IMG/VR virus record: IMGVR_UViG_2667527582_000007 | Source: a virus | Lineage: Duplodnaviria > Heunggongvirae > Uroviricota > Caudoviricetes | Length of the DNA stretch: 64,000 nt | Direction: 5' to 3' (one strand) | Shown here: positions 1 through 9,950 of the stretch, piece after piece | How positions within the stretch are numbered: the first letter of the stretch is position 1 | Layout: each line of letters opens with the position of its first letter | Made by a program: the position numbers and the translations under genes | Notes under the pieces: model-generated | What the model was told of the DNA's origin: nothing | The model's database searches: none | The model's input: the letters and a program-made list of their open reading frames with translations, nothing else

Positions 1-65
1 AGATGGTGCAGTCAGGCCGCCCGTTGAAGCAGGAACCCACCGAAATGATTCAGGCGACAGCCTGA
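1..65 (+). CDS. IS200/IS605-family TnpB (OrfB) C-terminal fragment
   Basis: Translation ends ...[20 protein letters not shown], identical to the end of ORF 42421..43134; contig edge at N run 87-96. Confidence 0.7.
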   Translation, partial: MVQSGRPLKQEPTEMIQATA

Positions 66-96
66 ACGTAGCAGGGATCCACGTCNNNNNNNNNNC

Positions 97-205
97 GCCA
101 TCACGTCGGCAAACATCGACCGTCTGCGTTTTACTTTCGGCGTGCAGGCACTGGTGGAAACCACCTCAAAGGGGGACAGGAATCCATCGGAAGTCCGCCT
201 GCTGG
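97..205 (+). CDS. J: Lambda-like tail tip protein J, internal fragment
   Basis: Translation TPITRTITSANIDRLRFTFGVQALVETTSKGDRNPSEVRLL recognisable as lambda J N-terminal region. Confidence 0.8.
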
Positions 206-215
206 NNNNNNNNNN

Positions 216-569
216 CACCAGTCGCTGCGTGAGGGTTTTATCGGCCTGGCTGGGTGTCGCCTCGCCGGAAGGATGGTTATGCGCCAGTATTACTGCTGCG
301 GCATTGAAGTGCAGAGCACGTTTGACCACTTCCCGGGGATGCACCTCAGTACGGTTAATCGTGCCGGTGAAGAGCGTTTCATGGGCAATCAACTGATTCT
401 GGTTGTCCAGATACAACGCCCGGAACTCTTCCCGCTCAAGTGCGGCCATATGCAGTCTCAGCCATTCACGGACAGCGTGTGAGGAGGTGAAGGCCACCCC
501 AGGTTCATGCAGGTGCCGGTCCAGCGCCCTGAGCGCCCGCTGAATGAGACGCCGGTCCTGTGGCGTCAT
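216..569 (-). CDS. RadC-like JAB-domain protein (YeeS/YkfG/YfjY family), N-terminal part
   Basis: ORF 12..569; HNHPSG JAB/MPN motif; typical of CP4-type cryptic prophages; truncated by N run. Confidence 0.7.
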
Positions 570-599
570 CTCGCCGGGTAAAAAGGAAANNNNNNNNNN

Positions 600-745
600 A
601 CATCAAATAAAACAAAAGGCTCAGTCGGAAGACTGGGCCTTTTGTTTTATCTGTTGTTTGTCGGTGAACACTCTCCCAACCAGGACAAATCCGCCGGGAG
701 CGGATTTGAACGTTGCGAAGCAACGGCCCGGAGGGTGGCGGGCAG
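600..745 (+). terminator. rRNA-operon T1-type terminator region
   Basis: Near-identical to the rrnB T1 terminator sequence (aaggctcagtcg-aagactgggcctt hairpin, ggagggtggcgggcag). Confidence 0.7.
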
Positions 746-755
746 NNNNNNNNNN

Positions 756-883
756 CGACACGCCGATCACCCGGACCATCACGTCGGCAAACATTGACCG
801 ACTGCGTTTTACCTTCGGTGTGCAGGCACTGGTGGAAACCACCTCAAAGGGGGACAGGAATCCATCGGAAGTCCGCCTGCTGG
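756..883 (+). CDS. J: J internal fragment (second copy)
   Basis: Same peptide as 97-205. Confidence 0.8.
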
Positions 884-893
884 NNNNNNNNNN

Positions 894-1272
894 GCAAAAA
901 GTGAACTTTTGATGATCTTTCCCTGGCCGTTGACTCGATTGCCGTAGCTCGAACGCAAGCACTCTTATCATTCAATGCCATATTGTTCAAAATATTAAAA
1001 ACATTATCTTCGCATTTTTTGCAAATTTTTATTTGCCCGAGTATAAATGCTCCGATATCTCTACGGATATAATTTTTATCAGAGCAGAACTCAATTGCCA
1101 ATCTAACAGCGTCTTGCCCACCTCTTAACTGTAATACTCTGGCAGATGAAATCCTTTTCAAGGAATTGTGATCATCAAGTAAGCGAAATAATTCATCATC
1201 ATTTAGTTTCTTACATTGATTATATAAACCATACTCTTTACTTGCCTTTCTTTTCTGGTATGTATTTGACAT
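894..1272 (-). CDS. HEAT-repeat protein N-terminal fragment (YibA-like, Rhs-associated)
   Basis: ORF 844..1272 with HEAT/PBS-lyase-like repeats; identity recalled, not verified. Confidence 0.45.
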
Positions 1273-1292
1273 TGCAGGAACCNNNNNNNNNN

Positions 1293-1400
1293 CTTATCGT
1301 TGGCGTCCTTCCACTCTTTCGAAAACTCATCCAGTTTGCTGGCGTTATCCTCCGTCAGGTCGACTTTTTCCAGCAGCTCCTTGCCGAGATGGGATTCGGT
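1293..1400 (-). CDS. J: J C-terminal repeat-region fragment
   Basis: Reverse translation gives [21 protein letters not shown]...EFSKEWKD motif also present in J fragment 46888-47920. Confidence 0.7.
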
Positions 1401-1410
1401 NNNNNNNNNN

Positions 1411-1789
<379 letters not shown>

Positions 1790-1799
1790 NNNNNNNNNN

Positions 1800-1897
1800 T
1801 GAGCTGCTGCACCATATTCCTGAACAACTGAGTAAACGAGAGAGGTACACCGACAAATGGCAGCGACGCACACACTCCCTCTGGCGTCACCGGGCAT
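1800..1897 (+). CDS. K: Tail assembly protein K C-terminal end overlapping start of I (ATG at 1857)
   Basis: ...ELLHHIPEQLS matches K end in ORF 48508..49590; MAATHTLPLASPG is the lambda I N-terminus. Confidence 0.7.
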
Positions 1898-1907
1898 NNN
1901 NNNNNNN

Positions 1908-2086
1908 TGCTGCATTTCCTCTTCTTATTTTGCAGTCGTCTTCATTCATTACCACGTCCAGACGCCAGTGCAGCTTATTCTCCACGTGCCAGTGATTTCG
2001 GATCGCTGTGGCGAATTTCTCAGCGGTTAAATCAGCAGAACTGATATAATATCTGACCGTCATTTCTGGCTCTTTCTTTTGTTCTG
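1908..2086 (-). mobile_element. ISAs1-family (H-repeat-associated, YhhI-like) transposase internal fragment
   Basis: Minus-strand translation [52 protein letters not shown]. Confidence 0.75.
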
Positions 2087-2096
2087 NNNNNNNNNN

Positions 2097-2299
2097 GCGG
2101 GCAGGGCGATGTCGGTTTCACCGGGAAGGACCTTTGCACCGAGCAGCGGATTGACCGGATGGCCGGACGTCACCCCGCCGGGGCACACCGAACAGGCCAC
2201 GCCGGTGGGGGCACCGATGCGTACCCCGGCTGAACCCTGGACAATGCTACCGCCATACTGCGTCATGTCGCCCTGACGCGCCGCCGGTTTTCCGCTCAT
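2097..2299 (-). CDS. Rhs protein N-terminus (PAAR-like region)
   Basis: ORF 2060..2299 begins MSGKPAARQGDMTQYGG...VCPGG, the conserved Rhs N-terminal domain. Confidence 0.75.
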
Positions 2300-2344
2300 C
2301 TGCTCATCCTTGTTTTATCGGGTTATTTGTCTGCNNNNNNNNNN

Positions 2345-2790
2345 CGCCAGGTCGTGCCAGAAAGTCATGGCAAACTGCGCGAGCGTCATATAGCCGCCTT
2401 GTTGTAATGACAACATTTTGCGGCTATTCTTGAAGTGTCTGGTTTCAAGATTAGCCCCCGTTTTGTTGTCAGGTTTTACCTCTCAACGTGCGGGGGTTTT
2501 CTCTTTCCAGCAACCAATGCCACCAGGGATAAAGCCCCCGCAACATTGCGCCTCACCGGATAATTCCGGCTTGGTGTGGATACTACTTCTCAATTCATCT
2601 TCACTTCATCCCTGAAATGTTTGCAATAAAGAGTACATTCCGGCTTTTCAACAGCTGTTGCAGTCGTTTCATGAGTGCTCTGGATGATGCTTCCAGCTCG
2701 GGTTGCCAATATTTACTTGTGGAAGAGATAAAGACAAAAATGGCCGCAGGCTGTTACCCCTGCGGCCGGTTTCGGGCGCATATTGCCATC
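2345..2790. repeat. LDR (long direct repeat) unit: ldr toxin 5' end (2345-2389, minus) plus leader / rdl antisense region
   Basis: Minus strand encodes MTLAQFAMTFWHDLA; same repeat recurs at 5585-5965 and 42348-42543. Confidence 0.75.
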
Positions 2791-2800
2791 NNNNNNNNNN

Positions 2801-3036
2801 TTGGGCAGAATATTTAATTGCGGATTCGTTTGAGAGTTTACGGACTTTTGAAAAGTGATGGTGGTGGGGGAAGGATTACTCAGCGCTGCGCGCTTCGCCC
2901 TTCGGGTCGTTGCCTGCGGCAACGCTCTCTCGCTGGCGCTCGAGTCGAACCTTGGTCGAAGCTTCTCATCCTTCCCCGCATGGGCAGAATATTTAATTGC
3001 GGATTCGTTGGGAAGTTCAGGGACTTTTGAAAGTGA
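2801..3036 (-). repeat. tyrT-operon 3' repeat unit (rtT-like) with tRNA-like 3' end
   Basis: Direct repeat gggcagaatatttaattgcggattcgtt...gtgatggtggtgggggaaggatt at 2803-2880 and 2982-3058. Confidence 0.6.
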
Positions 3037-3099
3037 TGGTGGTGGGGGAAGGATTCGAACCTTCGAAGTCGATGACGGCAGATTTACAGTCTGCTCCCT
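3037..3099 (-). tRNA. tRNA-Tyr (GUA), 3' 63 nt; 5' end lost in N run
   Basis: Reverse complement matches the tRNA-Tyr anticodon arm, long variable arm and acceptor 3' end. Confidence 0.85.
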
Positions 3100-3109
3100 N
3101 NNNNNNNNN

Positions 3110-3259
3110 AACCACGCGTGACCCCACGCGCATTTCACCGTACAGAACAGGCAGAACATTGCCCTGGGCAACCATGTTATCCAGTGAGGAGAAATAGGTG
3201 TTCTGTTTGCCGTTATCCGTTGTCTGTGTACGGGGAGTTCTGGCTTTCGGTGCCAGCAT
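3110..3259 (-). CDS. I: Tail assembly protein I, C-terminal fragment
   Basis: ...APKARTPRTQTTDNGKQNTYFSSLDNMVAQGNVLPVLYGEMRVGSRVV. Confidence 0.8.
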
Positions 3260-3277
3260 CTGCGCCANNNNNNNNNN

Positions 3278-3432
3278 TCCCGATTACAGACAAACCTGGA
3301 AAGTGAAACATAAATTGTCGGATATTCTACTGTTGACTATTTACGCTGTCGTTTCTGGTGCAGAAGGCTGGGAAGATATAGAGGATTTTGGGGAAACACA
3401 TCCCGATTTTTTGAAGCAATATGGTGATTTTG
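3278..3432 (+). mobile_element. ISAs1-family transposase N-terminal fragment
   Basis: [44 protein letters not shown]. Confidence 0.75.
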
Positions 3433-3442
3433 NNNNNNNNNN

Positions 3443-3935
3443 AACTGCGTGTTACGTTCGCCCTGGACTGTTGCGATCGTGAAGCCATAGACTGGGCCGC
3501 AAGCACGGGAGGTTACGATAAAGCGACAGTGCAGGATGTCATGTTAGGAGCGATAGAAAAACGCTTTGGCGATAAAGTACCGGAACAGTCCATCCAGTGG
3601 CTGACAGATAACGGTTCAGCGTATAGAGCGCATGAAACATGGCAGTTCGCCAGAGAGTTGAATCTGGAGCCCTGCACAACGGCAATCAGCAGTCCTCAGA
3701 GTAATGGAATGGCAGAAAGGTTCGTGAAAACGATGAAGGAAGACTACATCGCGTTCATGCCGAAACCGAATGTAAGAACGGCATTGCATAATCTTGCAGT
3801 GGCGATCGATCATTACAATGAAAACCATCCGCACAGTGCGTTGGGTTATCGCTCTCCGCGAGAATATCGACGTCAGCGGGTAACGTTAACTTAAGATACA
3901 CCCCCTGTCTGGAAATAAGGGGGCAAGAACAATGA
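3443..3935 (+). mobile_element. IS3-family (IS2-group) transposase OrfB C-terminal half plus right terminus
   Basis: ORF 3421..3894 resembles IS2 InsD C-terminus (DDE region, ...[14 protein letters not shown]); IS2-like end tgtctggaaataagggggcaa. Confidence 0.65.
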
Positions 3936-4688
3936 TCAGATTCCCTGGTGAGTAAGAATTTTACTTTCTGAACTCCTCTGAGAGTATTGACTTGGAGAAA
4001 CACCAAAATAACGTCTAAATACATAAGTAAAGTATGAGACACTGGCATAACCACAGACCTTAGCTACTTTACTAATAGGATAACAACGAGTGCTGAGTAA
4101 ATATTCAGCCATTTGCATCCTTTCATCAAGTATGATCTTACTGAATGATACCCCCTCTTCTTTCAATTTCCTCTTTAGTAAACTTTCGCTGAGATATAAT
4201 CTTGATGATATATCCTTAAGACGCCATGGTGCAGATAAATCCGTATGAATAATCGTTTTAACTTTAGCCTCTGTGCTTTTCAAACATTCAAACAGAAATA
4301 CTCCAAATTGTTTTTCAGAAGAAAATGCAGAGAGACATGTAAAAGCAATAGACTCATCAAAAATTTCTATGTATTCAGCACAGTGATTAGCCCAACTAAT
4401 TAATCCTTTAATTAAACTGAAGTCAGCAAAGTTTATTTTTAAATAAGATGGATATTCCCTACAATCAGAAATATCCCTTAAGTTATTAGCTTTCAAATAG
4501 CGACTAATAAACTCAGCGCCAAAATCCGCCACTATCACTCTTTCAGGATATGTCAGGAAAAAATCTCTAGAGCTAGAGTCGACAAGTACAGATGAACCTC
4601 TCTCCAGAAACACACTCTCTTTTCCGAAATAAACATCAAAGGACTCCAAAATCAATATAACTGAACATGTAGTTGCCATATCATCCAC
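3936..4688 (-). CDS. AraC/XylS-family transcriptional regulator (AppY/GadX-like), AT-rich
   Basis: 250-aa ORF with C-terminal AraC HTH (…GYASVSYFTYVFRRYFGVSPSQY); ~570-bp AT-rich upstream region. Confidence 0.7.
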   Translation of the reverse strand: MDDMATTCSVILILESFDVYFGKESVFLERGSSVLVDSSSRDFFLTYPERVIVADFGAEFISRYLKANNLRDISDCREYPSYLKINFADFSLIKGLISWANHCAEYIEIFDESIAFTCLSAFSSEKQFGVFLFECLKSTEAKVKTIIHTDLSAPWRLKDISSRLYLSESLLKRKLKEEGVSFSKIILDERMQMAEYLLSTRCYPISKVAKVCGYASVSYFTYVFRRYFGVSPSQYSQRSSESKILTHQGI

Positions 4689-5263
4689 CCAACTTAACTG
4701 AAACCAGGATGAAGTATATGCATATAAAGTTCACTTTGCCAAACGTCAGTATAAAAAACCACATAAAAAATAGGGTGTGATAAAAAATACCGTAACAATA
4801 AAGCAAAGGATTATAAATTCCGTTACAGTTACAAATGATACTCAAGAAACAATTCCTTAGGAAAAACTTATTTACAGCCAATAAGTAAGACACTTATATG
4901 ATATCAAGTTTTCATAAAACATAACTAGGCTAAATAGCTGCGCCTAATACCGCTACACTTTTGCCAGCCCATGTTTGCCTCCGGGTATTGACCCCTTCTC
5001 TACGCAACTTCAGTTCCCACCACCAACTTTGCGGCAGCTTTGTAGGATCAATGTCTAAAAGAATAATGGTGACCGATAAGAAAACGACTGAATAACTGCA
5101 AATTTTCGCTCAAAACCTTCCTGTCAGATCCATAGCGAATCAAGTGCTGAATGTCACAGTATCGAACAGAAAACAGTGACGATCTAACCCTTCAAGAATA
5201 TTCTACGATTGTTCTGTTTAGGAAAAGCAAGGCGGGAAGTCGGGAGATAAGTCATTGATAAAG

Positions 5264-5326
5264 TGGCGGAGAGAGGGGGATTTGACCCCCCCGGTAGAGT
5301 TGCCCCTACTCCGGTTTTCGAGACCG
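5264..5326 (-). other. tRNA-Ser(CGA) 3'-half remnant (att-like direct repeat)
   Basis: Matches the 3' ~63 nt of the tRNA-Ser(CGA) copy at 13194-13261 with a small indel in the T-arm, then diverges. Confidence 0.65.
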
Positions 5327-5514
5327 ATGATACAGAGTCGAAAAATCAAAGAGTTAAAAATTTCTCTTGGAATAAATGTCTTAAAATTGTACACGAAAAA
5401 TCAATGAATTACATAACATTAAAGAAGAATATTCCAAGCCTTCTTGAGGCTACCACCTGTTTTCAGGTGTCATTCAGACGTGATTTGCCCCAGATTGGGA
5501 AAGCACGCTTTTTT

Positions 5515-5574
5515 GGTGATGCTGCCAACTTACTGATTTAGTGTATGATGGTGTTTTTGAGGTGCTCCAGTGGC
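5515..5574 (+). mobile_element. IS1 left terminus
   Basis: ggtgatgctgccaacttactgatttagtgtatgatggtgtttttgaggtgctccagtggc. Confidence 0.9.
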
Positions 5575-5837
5575 NNNNNNNNNNCGCCGGCTTGGTGTGG
5601 ATACTACGACTCAATTCATCTTCACTTCATCCCTGAAATGTTTGCAATGAAGAGTGCATTCCGGTTTTTCAACAGCTGTTACAGTCATTTCATGAGTGCT
5701 CTGGATGAGGCTTCCAGCTCGGGTTGCCAATATTTACTTGTGGAAGTGATAAAGACAAAAATGGCCGCAGGCTGTTACCCCTGCGGCCGGTTTCGGGCGC
5801 ATATTGCCATCACGGCAGCCTGACGCCCGTTTTCACC

Positions 5838-5945
5838 TTACTTCCGGTTACGCCACCAGCTGACAATCGCTGCGGTAATAATCCCCGCCAGGATCGGTGC
5901 TGCCAGGTCGTGCCAGAAAGTCATGGCAAACTGCGCGAGCGTCAT
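5838..5945 (-). CDS. ldr: Ldr type I toxin (35 aa) within LDR unit 5585-5965
   Basis: Minus strand encodes MTLAQFAMTFWHDLAAPILAGIITAAIVSWWRNRK*. Confidence 0.8.
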   Translation of the reverse strand: MTLAQFAMTFWHDLAAPILAGIITAAIVSWWRNRK

Positions 5946-5975
5946 ATAGCCGCCTTGTTGTAATGNNNNNNNNNN

Positions 5976-6384
5976 ATCAGGCGGTACAGCCATTCAGGCC
6001 GCTGCGGCGAAATTCCATTTTGCAACCGGAGGATTTACGGGAACCGGCGGCAAATATGAGCCAGCGGGGATTGTTCACCGTGGTGAATTTGTCTTCACGA
6101 AGGAGGCAACCAGCCGGATTGGCGTGGGGAATCTCTACCGGCTGATGCGCGGCTATGCCACCGGTGGTTATGTCGGTACACCGGGCAGTCTGGCTGACAG
6201 CCGGTCGCAGGTGTCCGGGACGTTTGAGCAGAATAACCATGTGGTGATTAACAACGACGGCACGAACGGGCAGATAGGTCCGGCTGCTCTGAAGGCGGTG
6301 TATGACATGGCCCGCAAGGGTGCCCGTGATGAAATTCAGACACAGATGCGTGATGGTGGCCTGTTCTCCGGAGGTGGACGATGA
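5976..6384 (+). CDS. H: Tail tape measure protein H, C-terminal fragment
   Basis: ...GNLYRLMRGYATGGYVGTPGS...DGGLFSGGGR*; stop overlaps M start. Confidence 0.85.
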
Positions 6385-6424
6385 AAACCTTCCGCTGGAA
6401 AGTGAAACCCGGTATGGATGTGGC
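6381..6424 (+). CDS. M: Tail protein M N-terminus
   Basis: MKTFRWKVKPGMDV. Confidence 0.8.
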
Positions 6425-6434
6425 NNNNNNNNNN

Positions 6435-6750
6435 TTGGCCGTAAATAATAATCCTATGCGCTTCACTGATCGCAGTGGTGGTGTGTCCCGCCGTAGAGTT
6501 ATTCTGCATTTTCCTGAGCAGATAGCACCGGAAGAACGCGATCCGCAGCTAAAAGATAAAATTGCTCGAGAACTTGCTGTGATTGTTCGCCAACTCATGC
6601 AACGTTTCTGCGATCCGATGAGCGCCAGAACATTGCTTCAGTCGCAGCAGAATTCTGATGAGGCTCTCACCATCAAGCGTGATGCCGATCCAGCATTTGA
6701 TTTTTGTGGCTATCTTGAGGCATTACCCGACACCAACGGCATGTTTATGG
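6435..6750 (+). CDS. P4-like alpha (primase-helicase) C-terminal region fragment
   Basis: Translation ...RFTDRSGGVSRRRVILHFPEQIAPEERDPQLKDKIARELAVIVRQLM...; family assignment by recall. Confidence 0.5.
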
Positions 6751-6760
6751 NNNNNNNNNN

Positions 6761-7278
6761 ATTCGTCGTGGCCTCGTCACCGTTAATCTGCGTGCCGGTG
6801 CCACCGTTGGTGATGGAACTGTCGCCTTCGTTATTGACGATGGCCTTGTCGCCGTCAATCTGGATACCGATGGACTCCGGATCGGTGACGGTCATGGTGC
6901 CCTTGTTATCCACCGTAGCGCTGTCGCCGGTGATATCAATACCGTGACCGCCGCCGCTGACATCCAGATCGCCGTCCTGAATCACCTTCCCGTTATTGCC
7001 AGCAATTTCCGTACCGGTGGAATCCTTGCCGTCAACGGTGGTTTTGCCGTTGTTGTTTGCCGTGGCGTCATCACCATTAATCTGGGTGCCGGTGCCGCCG
7101 TTGGTGATGGAACTGTCGTCTTCGTTGTTAACAACCGCCTTGTCACCGTCGATCTGGATACCCATGGACTCCGGATCGGTGACGGTCATGGTGCCCTTGT
7201 TATCCACCGTCGCACTGTCGCCGGTGATATCAATCCCGTGACCGCCGCCGCTGACATCCAGATCGCCGTCCTGAATCA
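6761..7278 (-). CDS. Adhesin-like beta-helical tandem-repeat protein fragment (98-aa / 294-bp period)
   Basis: Repeats KVIQDGDLDVSGGGHGIDITGDSATVDNKGTMTVTDPES.GIQIDGDKA.VNNE...; family uncertain. Confidence 0.45.
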
Positions 7279-7288
7279 NNNNNNNNNN

Positions 7289-7788
7289 GGCTGATTGTTC
7301 TGACGTTTTCGCCGCACCGGCACTGGTAGCTGCCACGCTTTTTGAGGACTCTGCAGCGGCAGCACTTTTTGAGGCTTCAGTGGCCTTTGTTGATGCCGTT
7401 CCTGCGCTGGAAGACGCTGACTGAGCCGACGAAGCGGCCTGTCCGGCTGACGTGCTGGCTGCACGTGCTGAGCCTGTAGCATCAGTCGCATGGGTTGCCG
7501 CCTCACGGGCTGATGTGCCGGCATCGCTGGCTGACTTCTTCGCGGCTGCCGTGTCCTGTGCCACTGCGGACGCGTTACGCGCCACCTCTTCCACCATCAG
7601 TTCAAAGCGGCGCAGTGCCTCCGGACGGGCATCATCCTCCGTCATGGCACCGAGAAAATCATTCAGCGTACCGGGTTGAGAATCTTCATACACGGTGATG
7701 GTCCCGGCATGTGACGGCGGGAATCCTTCCACCAACAGAATAACGCTGTACTGACCGTACTCAACGTCCATGCTGTAACGCCCGGCTT
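7289..7788 (-). CDS. stf: Side tail fiber Stf N-terminal region
   Basis: MDVEYGQYSVIL..GFPPSHAGTITVYEDSQPGTLNDFL.AMTEDDARPE.LRR.ELMVEEVARNAS... plus Ala/Ser-rich tract. Confidence 0.8.
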
Positions 7789-8359
7789 NNNNNNNNNNGA
7801 ATCCAGATTAAATATCTCATTGCTGATGCTTGATATTGAGCATCTTGCGCGCGGTAAGGGGCTGCGTTGAGATAAGAGCCAGTCATTACAAATACCAGGA
7901 TTTAGCCTCGTATTCGCGGGGCTTTTTATTGTCATTACAAAAGCCACTCCCTACAGAGTGGCTTTGATAATGGTTTATACCCTACACGGGATAACTTAAC
8001 TGATATCCCTTTTAACGGATAAAGGTATTCAAGCCTGACACATCATGCGCTGTATCGTCGCCGTATTCCCGTATTAACAGAGACCGTAGCCCGACGGGGA
8101 ACTCCTTCTGCGAGAGTGTGCGGGAATAATCAAAAACGATGCACACCGGGTTTTTACCGCGTTTATGGTTCGCGGGTTTGTCCCTCATGCTCGCCAGTCC
8201 TGTGCGGGGGTGGAAGAAACAGGACACTTACACAGATTCTTGTGGGCACGATGCTATGCCTTTCTGGATTATCCCGATGCCATTCATGCAAGGCGTTGTA
8301 TCAGACGTTCGTCAGAGCTGTCAGGCTGACGGGTCCTCCCGGTGGGGTGGCCTGCCACG

Positions 8360-8371
8360 GGGCGGGAGCGT
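8360..8371 (+). other. cosN-like cohesive-end site (variant) within lambdoid right-end/left-end junction
   Basis: gggcgggagcgt followed by cgcgggttttcgctatttatgaaaattttccggtttaaggcg as at the lambda left end. Confidence 0.6.
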
Positions 8372-8548
8372 CGCGGGTTTTCGCTATTTATGAAAATTTT
8401 CCGGTTTAAGGCGTTTCCGTTCTTCTTCGCCGTAACTTACTGTTTTTATTTAAAACACCCCCTGAAAAGAAAGGAAACGACAGGTGCTGAAAACAGGCCT
8501 TTTGGCCTCTGTCGTTTCCTTTCTCTGTTTTTGTCCGTGGAATGAACA

Positions 8549-8598
8549 ATGGAAGTCAACAAAAAGCAGCTGGCTGACATTTTCGGTGCGAGTATCCG
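8549..8598 (+). CDS. nu1: Terminase small subunit Nu1 N-terminus
   Basis: MEVNKKQLADIFGASI... Confidence 0.8.
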
Positions 8599-8608
8599 NN
8601 NNNNNNNN

Positions 8609-8792
8609 CGATGTTGGTATTCCCCTCACTGTCCAGCACCGGCGTACTGTTCAGCAGTACGCTTTTTAATCCATCCACCGGACCTTCAATCGGCCCTTCA
8701 CTGATGGCGTCTATCACGCTCAGCATCTGGGATGATTTCAGGTTGTCCTTCGCTTCGCGCGGGGTATGCCCCTTACTGCTGCCTTTACCCAT
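8609..8792 (-). CDS. J: J N-terminus (start at 8792)
   Basis: MGKGSSKGHTPREAKDNLKSSQ.LSVIDAISEGPIEGPVDGLKSVLLNSTPVLDSEGNTNI. Confidence 0.85.
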
Positions 8793-8852
8793 TCGTCACG
8801 CTCCATAAACGACAAAACCGCCCGCAGGCGGTTTCACATAAAATGTTTTGCA

Positions 8853-9386
8853 TCAGCGACCAATCACCACAACCTGACCACCGTCCCCTTCGTCTGCCGT
8901 GCTGATTTCCTGAGATACCACCCGCGACCCCACGCGCATTTCACCGTACAGAACGGGCAGAACATTGCCCTGGGCAACCATGTTATCCAGTGACGAGAAA
9001 TAGGTGTTCTGTTTGCCGTTATCTGTACTTGCTGCCGTGGGCGTCCTGGCTTTCGGTGCCAGCATCTGCGCCACTCCGCCCAGGATCATACTGGCCCCTG
9101 CCGCATACATGCCCGATACAGCCGCGGCACCCAGCCAGCCCACAGGGTTCCACCATGCCACCGCAATCAGCGCCGCCCCCAGCACCACCTGAAACACACC
9201 GCCACTTTTAGCTCCCGCCAGACGCGGCACGATGTGGATCACGGCACCATTTGCCAGCGGCTCATTAAGACGGGCAGACAATTCGGTTTCACCTGCATCA
9301 CGCCCGGCAATGCGTACCTGGTACCAGCCGTCGCTCAGTTTCTGACGAAACGCCGGGTTCTGCATGGCCAGCGCCCGGATGGCTTN
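8853..9386 (-). CDS. I: Tail assembly protein I, C-terminal ~177 aa
   Basis: ...AFRQKLSDGWYQVRIAGRD...MVAQGNVLPVLYGEMRVGSRVVSQEISTADEGDGGQVVVIGR*. Confidence 0.85.
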   Translation of the reverse strand, partial: XAIRALAMQNPAFRQKLSDGWYQVRIAGRDAGETELSARLNEPLANGAVIHIVPRLAGAKSGGVFQVVLGAALIAVAWWNPVGWLGAAAVSGMYAAGASMILGGVAQMLAPKARTPTAASTDNGKQNTYFSSLDNMVAQGNVLPVLYGEMRVGSRVVSQEISTADEGDGGQVVVIGR

Positions 9387-9396
9387 NNNNNNNNNT

Positions 9397-9932
9397 ATAT
9401 TGAACGGGCGCGGCGGCAGGTTATCCACCACCACCGAGGCCAGATACTGCGAGGTGGTTTTGCCCTTAATGGTGATGTCTTTTTCCGTCACCCAGCCACC
9501 ATTACGCTGTATCTGAACCAGCAGGCGGACTTCCGACGGATTCCGGTCCCCCTTTGAGGTGGTTTCCACCAGTGCCTGTACACCGAAGGTAAAGCGCAGA
9601 CGGTCGATGTTTGCAGACGTAATGGCCCGGGTGATCGGCGTGTCATATTTCACTTCCGTACCCAGCACCGTCTCGGAGCCGGAGGATTCAAATCCCTCCG
9701 GCGGTGACTGCTCCTGCTCACCGGTCCGGAACACCACCGTGACGCCGGATATATTGGTATTCCCCTCACTGTCCAGCACCGGCGTACTGTTCAGCAGCAC
9801 GCTTTTTAATCCGTCCACCGGACCTTCAACCGGCCCTTCGCTGATGGCATCGATCACACTCAGCAGCTGCGTGGACTTCAGGTTGTCCTTCGCTTCGCGC
9901 GGGGTATGCCCCTTACTGCTGCCTTTACCCAT
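9397..9932 (-). CDS. J: J N-terminal ~178 aa (second allele)
   Basis: ORF 8853..9932 N-terminal part. Confidence 0.85.
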
Positions 9933-9950
9933 TCCTCACGNNNNNNNNNN

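Noticed and set aside
4681-4893. 70-aa minus-strand ORF just upstream of the AraC-family regulator
   Set aside because: Lies in the AT-rich promoter region, starts within the regulator's first codons and has an odd composition; more likely a chance ORF than an N-terminal extension.
6944-7294. ORFs on the strand opposite the adhesin-like and Stf repeats (also 6996..7241, 7452..7679, 12964..13335, 23633..23878)
   Set aside because: Low-complexity Pro/Ala/Val-rich translations typical of antisense frames in GC-rich repetitive coding DNA; the sense-strand products are recognisable.
7799-8340. Candidate genes (ORFs 7663..7947, 8012..8227, 8116..8409) in the prophage right-end region before cos
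   Set aside because: Overlapping ORFs on both strands with no recognisable domains, in a region that in lambda carries no essential genes; could not support a specific call.
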